From a virus (lineage: Duplodnaviria; Caudoviricetes), in the IMG/VR virus record IMGVR_UViG_3300025654_000007, positions 6,926 through 70,925 of that record: a DNA stretch of 64,000 nucleotides. One strand, 5' to 3'. Under the pieces are notes generated by a model. That model was not told the origin of the DNA. It saw only the letters and a list, made by a program, of their open reading frames with translations, and searched no databases. Below, one piece after another: positions 37,907 to 46,157 of this stretch (position 1 is the first letter of the stretch; every line of letters starts with the position of its first letter). Position numbers and translations under genes: made by a program.

Positions 37907-38563
37907 ATGAAGATGATATCGGAATTCGTTGAAAGTGATTATAACGTACTCACTGAAGACACAGATGCTGGCAAGTCATATGCTATTGAAGGCGTATTCA
38001 TGCAAGCAGATAAAAAGAATCGTAATGGTCGTATTTATGAAAGCGAAGTAATGAAATCCGCTGTTCAAAAATACATTACAACTCAAGTTATGACAGGACG
38101 AGCTGTTGGTGAATTAAATCACCCAGAAGGTCCTTCAATTAACTTGGATAAAGTTTCACATAAGATCACTGACCTGTATTTTGATGGTAGTGATATTATA
38201 GGAAAAGCATCAATTCTTAAAACTCCTATGGGCCGGATCGTTGAAGGTCTTCTTGAAGGTGGTGTTAAGCTTGGTGTATCAAGTCGTGGTATGGGTAGTC
38301 TTGAGCGTCGTAAGGATGGTAACACATATGTTGGTAAGGATTTTCATCTTGCCACTATAGACATTGTACAAGATCCGTCAGCACCAGAAGCTTTTGTTAA
38401 TGGTATAATGGAAGGTGTAGATTGGATCTGGGATAATGGTATCCTTAAACCTCAAGAAATTGAATTAATTGAGACTGAAATTAAAAATGCTCCAGCTGGT
38501 CATTCGACCGAGACTGAGATTAAAGCATTTCAAACTTTCCTCTCTAAACTTAAAAACTCTTAG
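37907..38563 (+). CDS. gp21: Prohead protease
   Basis: IEGVFMQADKKNRNGRIY, GELNHPEGP, LGVSSRGMGS, DIVQDPSAP. Confidence 0.98.
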   Translation: MKMISEFVESDYNVLTEDTDAGKSYAIEGVFMQADKKNRNGRIYESEVMKSAVQKYITTQVMTGRAVGELNHPEGPSINLDKVSHKITDLYFDGSDIIGKASILKTPMGRIVEGLLEGGVKLGVSSRGMGSLERRKDGNTYVGKDFHLATIDIVQDPSAPEAFVNGIMEGVDWIWDNGILKPQEIELIETEIKNAPAGHSTETEIKAFQTFLSKLKNS

Positions 38564-38572
38564 GAGAGTTAT

Positions 38573-39703
38573 ATGTCTGATTTAGAAAATAAAGACATCG
38601 AAGCTGTTGAGACCGATCTGGTTGAAGCTGTAGAGACAGAAGTAGTCGTTGCAGAAGATACTGTTGAAGTTGAAGCTGAAGTTACTGAAGAAACTGTATC
38701 GGAAGATACTGTTGAAGACGTAGCCGAAGAAGTTGCTGAGACTCCTGCCGAGGAAATGGTTGCAGAAGAAATCGAAGAAGTTGCCGAAGTTGAAGTCGTA
38801 TCTGAAGCGTCTGATAAAGACGAAGATGATGAAGAAGACGAAGACGAAGATGAAGTCGATGAAGATGCAGTACCATCAACCAAAGCTGGTATCTTAAACG
38901 CCGCAGTTAACATGTTAAAGAAAGCAAATACTGATGAAGCTAAGAAAATTTATGCTTCAATGGTAAGAAAGGAAGACGTAGCAGTTGAAGCTGAGTCAGT
39001 TGTATCTGAAGATACTATTGAATCTGCTATCGATGATGACGAAGTTCTTTCAGAAGAATTCAAAGAGAAAGCAGCTGAAATTTTCAACGCTGAGTTAACT
39101 GAAGAAGTTGCTCGTATTGAAGCTGAAAGCGCTGTCCAACTTGAAGAAGAAGTTGCATCATTCAAAACTGACCTCGTAGAAAAAGTAGATGCTTACTTAA
39201 GCTATGCGGTTGATACTTGGATGACTGAAAATGCTTTGGCTATTGAAGGTGGTTTACGCACTGAGATTGCTGAAGACTTTATGACTTCATTACAAACTGT
39301 GTTTAAAGAGCATTATGTTTCTGTACCTGAAGGTAAAGTTGACTTAGTTGATGAATTAACTGACCAAGTCAATGAGCTAGAAGAACAGTTAAATAAAACC
39401 ACAGAAGATAACGTAGCATTATTTGGTCAAGTACAAGAAAGTACTCGTTCAGATATCGTTCGTCGTCAATCTGAAGGTCTAGCCACAACAGAAGCCGAAA
39501 AACTAGCTTCTTTATTAGAAGATGTAGATTACTCTGACGCTGAATCTTTCGAAATGAAAGCTAAGACAGTTAAAGAATCGTTCTTCGCTGGCGATAATTC
39601 AACAACATCTGAAGTTGAATTGATCTCAGAAGACGTAGCAGACGTAGTTACAGTATCTGGTGATATGGCTCGATACATGACAGCAATGTCAAAGACTAAG
39701 TAG
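38573..39703 (+). CDS. gp22: Prohead scaffold
   Basis: Highly acidic N-terminus; LSEEFKEKAAEIF, LVEKVDAYLSY, GGLRTEIAEDF. Confidence 0.95.
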   Translation: MSDLENKDIEAVETDLVEAVETEVVVAEDTVEVEAEVTEETVSEDTVEDVAEEVAETPAEEMVAEEIEEVAEVEVVSEASDKDEDDEEDEDEDEVDEDAVPSTKAGILNAAVNMLKKANTDEAKKIYASMVRKEDVAVEAESVVSEDTIESAIDDDEVLSEEFKEKAAEIFNAELTEEVARIEAESAVQLEEEVASFKTDLVEKVDAYLSYAVDTWMTENALAIEGGLRTEIAEDFMTSLQTVFKEHYVSVPEGKVDLVDELTDQVNELEEQLNKTTEDNVALFGQVQESTRSDIVRRQSEGLATTEAEKLASLLEDVDYSDAESFEMKAKTVKESFFAGDNSTTSEVELISEDVADVVTVSGDMARYMTAMSKTK

Positions 39704-39704
39704 G

Positions 39705-39712
39705 TATAAATA
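39705..39712 (+). promoter_or_regulatory. Late promoter for major capsid gene
   Basis: TATAAATA after the gp22 stop; AGGAG SD before 39770. Confidence 0.88.
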
Positions 39713-39769
39713 TACCTGTTAGTCGACAAACTTAACAATTTAATTAAATATTCCTATTAGGAGAACATT

Positions 39770-41074
39770 ATGTTCGGTGGAAATCAAAACTTAACTGAAA
39801 AATGGGCACCAGTCCTTGATCATGGCGACGCACCTGCGATTGCTGATAAATACAAAAAATCTGTAACTGCAAAGTTATTAGAAAACCAAGAAATCGCTCT
39901 TAAAGAAAGCAATTCTCATGGTTCATTTTCTTTAAACGAAGATACAGTATCTGCTGACTCTTCACCTAGCCAAGCTACTGGTGGATTTGATCCAGTACTT
40001 ATCTCTTTAGTACGACGTGCAATGCCTAACCTTATCGCTTATGATATTGCTGGCGTTCAACCAATGAGTGGTCCTACTGGTCTTATCTTCGCTATGAAGT
40101 CTGAGTACCAAACTACTGATTCTGGCGTTACTGATGGTGATGAAGCATTATTCAACGAAGCTGATACTGGTTTCTCTGGTGATACTGCTGTGGCACACGG
40201 TGGAGATGATCCATTCGGTGGTACTGATACTACTCCAGCTGACGGCATCAATGATGCATTTGTTACTGGTCAAGGTATGGCAACAGCAACTGGCGAAGCA
40301 GTTAACCCTAACGAAATGGGTTTCAGCATCGACAAGACTACTGTAACTGCTACTACTCGTGCTCTTAAAGCTGAATACACTATGGAATTAGCTCAAGATC
40401 TTAAAGCTGTTCATGGTTTAGACGCTGAAGCTGAATTAGCAAATATCTTATCTGCTGAAATTCTTTCTGAAATCAACCGTGAAATCGTTCGCGATATCAA
40501 TGTTCAAGCTGTTCTTGGTGCTACTGGCGCTAACACTGCTGCAAACGGTACTTTCGATCTTTCAACTGATGCTGATGGTCGCTGGTCTGCAGAGAAATTC
40601 AAAGCATTAATCATGCAAATTGAAACTGAAGCTAACGCTATCGCTAAAGCAACTCGTCGTGGTAAAGGTAACTTCGTTATCGTTTCTTCTGATGTTGCTT
40701 CTGCTCTTGCTGCTTCAGGCGTATTAGACTACACACCTGCTATGGGTAATGAGTTACAAGTAGATGTTACTGGTAACACTTTCGCTGGTCTTCTTAACGG
40801 TCGTATTAAAGTATATGTTGATCCATATGCTGGTATCGATTATGTTACTGTTGGCTATCGTGGTACTAACCCATACGATGCTGGTTACTTCTACTGCCCT
40901 TACGTTCCATTAACTATGGTTCGTGCAGTTGATCCTTCGACCTTCCAACCAAAAATTGGTTTCAAGACTCGTTACGGTAAAGTTGCTAACCCATTCGTAT
41001 CTGGTGCGGTTCGTCAAAATACTTACTTCCGTTCTTTCAAAGTTGCTAACATCCTTTCTGTATCGGGTGCGTAA
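39770..41074 (+). CDS. gp23: Major capsid protein
   Basis: EKWAPVLD, LISLVRRAMPNLIAYDIAGVQPMSGPTGLIFAM, RALKAEYTMELAQDLKAVHGLDAE, FQPKIGFKTRYG. Confidence 0.99.
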   Translation: MFGGNQNLTEKWAPVLDHGDAPAIADKYKKSVTAKLLENQEIALKESNSHGSFSLNEDTVSADSSPSQATGGFDPVLISLVRRAMPNLIAYDIAGVQPMSGPTGLIFAMKSEYQTTDSGVTDGDEALFNEADTGFSGDTAVAHGGDDPFGGTDTTPADGINDAFVTGQGMATATGEAVNPNEMGFSIDKTTVTATTRALKAEYTMELAQDLKAVHGLDAEAELANILSAEILSEINREIVRDINVQAVLGATGANTAANGTFDLSTDADGRWSAEKFKALIMQIETEANAIAKATRRGKGNFVIVSSDVASALAASGVLDYTPAMGNELQVDVTGNTFAGLLNGRIKVYVDPYAGIDYVTVGYRGTNPYDAGYFYCPYVPLTMVRAVDPSTFQPKIGFKTRYGKVANPFVSGAVRQNTYFRSFKVANILSVSGA

Positions 41075-41109
41075 TTTCGAAATTACTTAATAAGTAATAG
41101 TTACATAAA

Positions 41110-41138
41110 GAAGGGTAGCTTCGGCTGCCCTTTCTTTT
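41110..41138 (+). terminator. Rho-independent terminator with C(UUCG)G tetraloop after gp23
   Basis: GAAGGGTAGC-TTCG-GCTGCCCTTT followed by CTTTT. Confidence 0.93.
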
Positions 41139-41152
41139 GCCTCGGATCCGTG

Positions 41153-41160
41153 TATAAATA
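41153..41160 (+). promoter_or_regulatory. Late promoter for gp3
   Basis: TATAAATA downstream of the gp23 terminator. Confidence 0.85.
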
Positions 41161-41190
41161 ATAATGAACTAATACATAACGGTGATTACA

Positions 41191-41652
41191 ATGTCAACAA
41201 CACTTACATGCAATAAGAATCTATTGAGTCCTGTTGGATTTAGATTAAAAGTTGCAAATTATCCAAATTTAGAGTACTTTGCCAATGCTGTAACTCTTCC
41301 AAGTCTTTCGCTATCTGAAGCTGCAAGTTCATATAAGTCTGTTAACTACGCAGAACCAGGCGATCGCATCAATTTTGATACACTGAGCATTCGTTTTAGT
41401 GTAACTGAAGATATGGATAACTACTTAGAAGTCTTTAATTGGATGCACTCGTTAGCTCAATCAGACGATGATTTGAGATCTGATGCGACTTTGCATATAC
41501 TTACAAGTCATAATAATTCATCAAAGACTGTTAGATTTACTGGATTATTTCCAACTAATTTAGATGCTTTAGAGTTTGATGCTGGCACAAGCGATGTTGA
41601 ATATCTACAGGCAACAGCCACGTTCAAATTCACATATTTTGAAGTGATATAA
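41191..41652 (+). CDS. gp3: Tail completion / tube terminator protein
   Basis: NLLSPVGFRL, LEYFANAVTLP, PGDRINFDTL, FPTNLDALEF, ATATFKFTYFEV. Confidence 0.9.
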   Translation: MSTTLTCNKNLLSPVGFRLKVANYPNLEYFANAVTLPSLSLSEAASSYKSVNYAEPGDRINFDTLSIRFSVTEDMDNYLEVFNWMHSLAQSDDDLRSDATLHILTSHNNSSKTVRFTGLFPTNLDALEFDAGTSDVEYLQATATFKFTYFEVI

Positions 41653-41655
41653 ATA
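41648..41655 (+). promoter_or_regulatory. Late promoter for uvsY-uvsW
   Basis: TATAAATA overlapping the gp3 stop. Confidence 0.75.
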
Positions 41656-41685
41656 ATATTATAATCTACTTATTGAGGAACATAT

Positions 41686-42141
41686 ATGGCAAACCCACTT
41701 GATTTAGAACAGATCTTAGAAATGTGGAAGAGAGATAGTAAGATTGATGAGATGAATTATGATGAAGCTTCTCGAGATTCTGCTAAACTGCATGGAAAAT
41801 ATTTAGAGATCTATACTTTGGCTAAGCTTAGGTATAAGAAGTCTGATAACGAGATGAAGGTTCTGCTTAAAAACAAGTGGCTGCATTATAATGGTAAACT
41901 ATCAAAAGAAGAGATCGATGATCTTGGTTGGCCATATGATCCATTGAATGGTTTATCAGTTCTTAAGGGTGATATGAATCGTATGTACGATGCTGATCCT
42001 CATATTCAAGAACTAGATTCTAAAATGGAGTATCTCAAACTAATTGTCGAGACACTTAAAGAAATTATGGAATCAATAAAGTGGCGGCATCAGAGTATTA
42101 GAAATGCTGTTGACTGGGTTAAATTCACTAGTGGTGCTTAA
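41686..42141 (+). CDS. uvsY: Recombination mediator protein
   Basis: WKRDSKID, LHGKYL, HYNGK, YDADPHI, IKWRHQSIRNAVDW.KF.SG. Confidence 0.93.
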   Translation: MANPLDLEQILEMWKRDSKIDEMNYDEASRDSAKLHGKYLEIYTLAKLRYKKSDNEMKVLLKNKWLHYNGKLSKEEIDDLGWPYDPLNGLSVLKGDMNRMYDADPHIQELDSKMEYLKLIVETLKEIMESIKWRHQSIRNAVDWVKFTSGA

Positions 42142-43649
42142 TGGATAAAATTATTGTAAAGAAAAAGAATCATGTATTCTTAGAAATAGAGACCGACTCC
42201 GGTATCCAGATGGAACTGTCTGAGCATTTTTGTTTCTACGTTGATGGTTACAAATTTATGCCAGCATATCGCAATAAGATGTGGGATGGTAAGATTAGAT
42301 TATTCGATACTAGAGCTAAAACAATATATGCTGGTCTCTTTAAGTATATAAAAGAGTTTGCAGATGTTCGTCAGTACGATCTCGTCGTAGAAGATAACTC
42401 ATTCTATGGTCGTCCAGACACTGAAGAAGTGTTTGATATTGATAACTTATTGAGCGAAATTGCACTAACTGCTCAAGGAACAGTGATAGAACCTAGAGAT
42501 TATCAGCAAGTAGCAGTTACTCATGCTATGGAACAGAAGCAATCTTTGCTATTATCACCAACAGCATCAGGTAAATCATTAATCATTTATCTATGTATGA
42601 GAGAATTCTTAGCTGCAAATGATGGCAATGTGTTATTGATAGTACCTACAACATCTCTTGTAGAACAAATGTACAGTGACTTTGCTGACTATTCGGCAAC
42701 TGACTCAGGATGGAATGTTGAAGATCAATGCTATAAGATATACGGCGGTAAAGATAAATATAATATCAAGAATAGAGTTATTATAAGCACATGGCAGTCT
42801 ATCTACAAAGAAAGAACTCCATGGTTTGAAGACTTTGGTATGGTTATCGGTGATGAAGCCCATAACTTTAAAGCAAAATCTCTTACCTCTATATTGGAAA
42901 AATGTCATAATGCTAAGTATCGCATTGGTACGACTGGTACGTTAGATGGCGCACAGATTAATCAATTAGTACTAGAAGGTTTGTTTGGACCTGTATATAA
43001 GGTAACTACAACTAAGAAATTGATGGATGATCATGCGTTAGCTGATTTAGATATCAGCGTATTGCTTCTTAAGTACGATGATGAGTACTGTAGAGAAGTA
43101 TCAAAAATGAAGTACCAACAAGAGCTGGACTTTATAGTACAATATGAACCGCGTAATCAGTTTATAACAAATTTAGCATTAGATCAAGAAGGCAATACTC
43201 TTATTCTTTTTAATTACGTTGAGAAGCATGGTAAACCATTACATGAAATGCTTAAAACAAAATTAGAAGGTATGAATACTAGGAAGAAAGTGTACTATGT
43301 ATCTGGTGAGACTGACGTAGAGACTAGAGAAGCTATACGAGCAATAACAGAAGAATCAGATGGAGCGATCATAGTTGCCTCGGTAGGCACTTTCTCGACA
43401 GGTATAAATATTCGTAGATTGCATAACATTATATTTGCAAGTCCATCTAAATCTCAAGTTCGTGTTTTACAGAGTATTGGACGTGGTTTACGGAAATCTG
43501 ATGATGGTCGTGATACTCAGGTATTTGATATAGCTGATGATCTACATTGGAAATCGACAAAGAACTATACACTTAAACATGCAGGGAAACGCATTCAGAT
43601 ATATACTACGGAACAGTTCAAATATAAGATTTTTGAGATTAAAATATGA
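42141..43649 (+). CDS. uvsW: SF2 RNA-DNA/DNA helicase
   Basis: YKFMPAYRNKMWDGKIRLF, PRDYQ, SPTASGKS, DEAH, STGINI, LQSIGRGLR. Confidence 0.97.
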   Translation: MDKIIVKKKNHVFLEIETDSGIQMELSEHFCFYVDGYKFMPAYRNKMWDGKIRLFDTRAKTIYAGLFKYIKEFADVRQYDLVVEDNSFYGRPDTEEVFDIDNLLSEIALTAQGTVIEPRDYQQVAVTHAMEQKQSLLLSPTASGKSLIIYLCMREFLAANDGNVLLIVPTTSLVEQMYSDFADYSATDSGWNVEDQCYKIYGGKDKYNIKNRVIISTWQSIYKERTPWFEDFGMVIGDEAHNFKAKSLTSILEKCHNAKYRIGTTGTLDGAQINQLVLEGLFGPVYKVTTTKKLMDDHALADLDISVLLLKYDDEYCREVSKMKYQQELDFIVQYEPRNQFITNLALDQEGNTLILFNYVEKHGKPLHEMLKTKLEGMNTRKKVYYVSGETDVETREAIRAITEESDGAIIVASVGTFSTGINIRRLHNIIFASPSKSQVRVLQSIGRGLRKSDDGRDTQVFDIADDLHWKSTKNYTLKHAGKRIQIYTTEQFKYKIFEIKI

Positions 43650-44005
43650 ACGAAGTAGATATTAGACATTTTAAGCTGATTAGCTGTGAAGAGATCATAT
43701 GTCACGTAGTAAGTGATAACGATGGCAATTATATGATTGAAAGACCATACACTTTAATACCTAAAATGAACGCAGAGAACGAGTTAGAGTATTCATTAGA
43801 AGAATGGTTTGGATTTGGTAGTGGTAAGCTTTTTACGATACCAAGAGAATCAGTAATTTGTCACTGTGAAGTTGACGAGAACGTTAAGAATACTTACTTA
43901 GGATACTCTGTAGAATATGGTAAACATAAGAGTACATTAGTAAATAATAGTCGTACAGAGTATGATGCTTTAAGTACGTGCTCAGCTAACGATACGGTGC
44001 ATTGA
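43646..44005 (+). CDS. Conserved hypothetical protein after uvsW (Sm-like beta fold likely)
   Basis: FKLISCEEIIC start, typical of the gene between uvsW and gp55 in marine T4-like phages. Confidence 0.7.
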   Translation: MNEVDIRHFKLISCEEIICHVVSDNDGNYMIERPYTLIPKMNAENELEYSLEEWFGFGSGKLFTIPRESVICHCEVDENVKNTYLGYSVEYGKHKSTLVNNSRTEYDALSTCSANDTVH

Positions 44006-44224
44006 TAAATAATATTGTCGCTGCATAACATATGATACTACAGTAACCTATACTCTTGCAGCTACGCTGCAATACAGCTATGCTGTATGTACTGATATAT
44101 GTAACTACTGTATCCGGTATTACATCCATCTACCACCACCATTCCCTCCTTCAAGATAAAGCATGATAGGTTCAATACTAACTGATCATGGACATAATCA
44201 ATCAGTATTAAGATCAAGAAATCT

Positions 44225-44254
44225 ATTATAACATAGTTACCCTCCTTTGTAAAC
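44225..44254 (-). promoter_or_regulatory. Minus-strand sigma70-type early promoter
   Basis: Reverse complement reads GTTTACA-aaggagggtaactatgt(17)-TATAAT with extended -10 TGn and A-rich UP element. Confidence 0.85.
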
Positions 44255-44361
44255 GTTTATTTTCACTTATTTTCATTAACTTTATGTAATACTAACAATC
44301 ATTACACCGAAAACGCAAAACGGCTATCGGTCAAATTAATTCACCACATTTCACTCTTTTT

Positions 44362-44391
44362 GTTTACATTTCCGTACCAGTATGATATAAT
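44362..44391 (+). promoter_or_regulatory. Early promoter for gp55
   Basis: GTTTACA-N17-TATAAT with TGn. Confidence 0.9.
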
Positions 44392-44425
44392 ATACATTAA
44401 TTCAATATATAGTGAAAACTAAAAT

Positions 44426-45082
44426 ATGGGCGATAAACTTAAACCACGTGAAAAACCACATTACGTCAACAACAGAGATTTCTCTTATGCTGTTGTAGAT
44501 TACGTAGCTTCAATGAATGATGCGATATCAAAAGGTGAAGAAGCCCCAGTCGTAACTCGATACATTGCTGAATGTTTTCTTAAGATCTCTAATGGTCTAT
44601 CACATAAGCCAAACTTTATACGATACACTTACAAAGAAGAAATGGTTATGGATGGTGTTGAAAACTGTCTAAAGGCTATTGGTAACTACAATATAGAAGC
44701 AGCTACTCGTACAGGTAAGCCTAATGCATTTGCTTACTTTACTCAGATATGCTATTTCGCGTTTATTCGTCGAATCACTAAAGAGAAGAAGCAGTCTGAT
44801 CTAAAGTGGGAATATATTGATCAAGTCGGCATTGACAAGTTTATTGAATATAGTGAAATGGGTGAAGATATGGATAATGACACCCAAGCATATATCGATA
44901 TTCTGAAAGAAAGAATTAGTGCAATACGAGCAAATGATACAATCATTAAAGACTATGCAGATTCTAAGAAGGGTAAGCCACCAGCTAAGAAGATGCGTTT
45001 AGAAGAGTTTATGAGTTTTGACGATTTTGATAACTTAGATGACTTAGATGAATCTGAGGATTTTGGACTTAAACGAGACTAA
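44426..45082 (+). CDS. gp55: Late transcription sigma factor
   Basis: HYVNNRDF, YIAECFLKISNGLSHKPNF..Y.Y.EEMVMDG.ENC, NAFAYFTQICY.AF.RRI. Confidence 0.97.
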   Translation: MGDKLKPREKPHYVNNRDFSYAVVDYVASMNDAISKGEEAPVVTRYIAECFLKISNGLSHKPNFIRYTYKEEMVMDGVENCLKAIGNYNIEAATRTGKPNAFAYFTQICYFAFIRRITKEKKQSDLKWEYIDQVGIDKFIEYSEMGEDMDNDTQAYIDILKERISAIRANDTIIKDYADSKKGKPPAKKMRLEEFMSFDDFDNLDDLDESEDFGLKRD

Positions 45083-45085
45083 ATC

Positions 45086-46147
45086 ATGAAAGTAGCTATT
45101 ATTTCTGATACACATTGTGGTGCACGTAATTCAAGCGATATATTCCTTGATTACCAAGAGCAATTTTATAGTGAGATCTTCTTTCCGTATTTGAAAGAAA
45201 ATAATATCACTAACATCTTGCATCTAGGTGACTATTACGAGCATCGCAAATTTGTTAATTTTAAAGCATTGAATCATAACCGTAAAGTATTCTTAGAGCC
45301 ATTACGTGATAATGGTATCTCTATGGATATTATTCCTGGTAACCATGATGTGTTTTACAAGAATACTAATGACTTATGTGCACTTAAAGAACTCCTTGGT
45401 CATTTTAAGAACAATGTAAACATCATCATGAAGCCAACAGTCTTAGATTACGATGGTCTAAGCGTTGCTGCTGTTCCGTGGATTAATAACGAGAACTATA
45501 AAGAATACACTGACTTTATAAAGAAATGTAAAGCACCATTTCTTGGAGCTCATTTAGAGCTTATGGGTTTTGACTTATATCCTGGTATGCCGAATCCTCA
45601 TGGCATGACTACAGAGATATTTAAACGATTTGAGACTGTAATGTCAGGTCACTTTCATACTAAGTCGAGCAATGGTAACATTCACTATCTCGGTGCTCAG
45701 ATGGAGTTTACTTGGAATGATGTCGATGATCCTAAGTACTTTCACGTACTTGATACTGAGACTCGTGTAGTTACTCCAGTACTAAACCCAATTACTATAT
45801 TTAAAAAGTTCTATTGGGATGACGTAAACAATGATTATAGCAAAGTAGATCTTACTCAGTTTGATCACAAGTTTGTTAAACTAATTGTAGTAAATAAGAA
45901 AGACCTATATGGTTTTGATAAGTTTGTTGATGGTATCCAGTCTCGTCCAATACACGAGCTTAAGATTGCTGAGAACTTTGAAGAATATGCAGGCGAAAAT
46001 ATACAAGATAACAAGGTTTCATTAGAAGATACAAAAGAGCTATTAGATACATATGTCGATGCTGTGTCGACTGACTTAGATAGCGATAGTTTAAAGGCTA
46101 AACTTAGAGAGCTTTATACTGAAGCTCAAAACTTAGAACTAGTATAG
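45086..46147 (+). CDS. gp47: Recombination nuclease (Mre11/SbcD-like)
   Basis: ISDTHCG, HLGD, PGNHD, SGHFH motifs. Confidence 0.97.
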   Translation: MKVAIISDTHCGARNSSDIFLDYQEQFYSEIFFPYLKENNITNILHLGDYYEHRKFVNFKALNHNRKVFLEPLRDNGISMDIIPGNHDVFYKNTNDLCALKELLGHFKNNVNIIMKPTVLDYDGLSVAAVPWINNENYKEYTDFIKKCKAPFLGAHLELMGFDLYPGMPNPHGMTTEIFKRFETVMSGHFHTKSSNGNIHYLGAQMEFTWNDVDDPKYFHVLDTETRVVTPVLNPITIFKKFYWDDVNNDYSKVDLTQFDHKFVKLIVVNKKDLYGFDKFVDGIQSRPIHELKIAENFEEYAGENIQDNKVSLEDTKELLDTYVDAVSTDLDSDSLKAKLRELYTEAQNLELV

Positions 46148-46157
46148 GTAACTTAAA

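Noticed and set aside
38569-38913. Minus-strand poly-Ser/Thr ORF and GAA/GAT repeats
   Set aside because: Mirror of the acidic Glu/Asp-rich N-terminus of gp22; low-complexity coding, not a repeat element
39752-39775. Small hairpins over the gp23 SD and start (TCCT-ATT-AGGA; GAACA-TTA-TGTTC)
   Set aside because: Only 4-5 bp with triloops; too weak to claim regulation
941-41152. Possible upstream element of late promoters (CTGAC / CCTGG / TCCG within ~12 nt of TATAAATA)
   Set aside because: Variable sequence and spacing; cannot be separated from chance without motif statistics
43403-43410. TATAAATA inside uvsW
   Set aside because: Encodes the conserved helicase motif STGINI; probably coincidental
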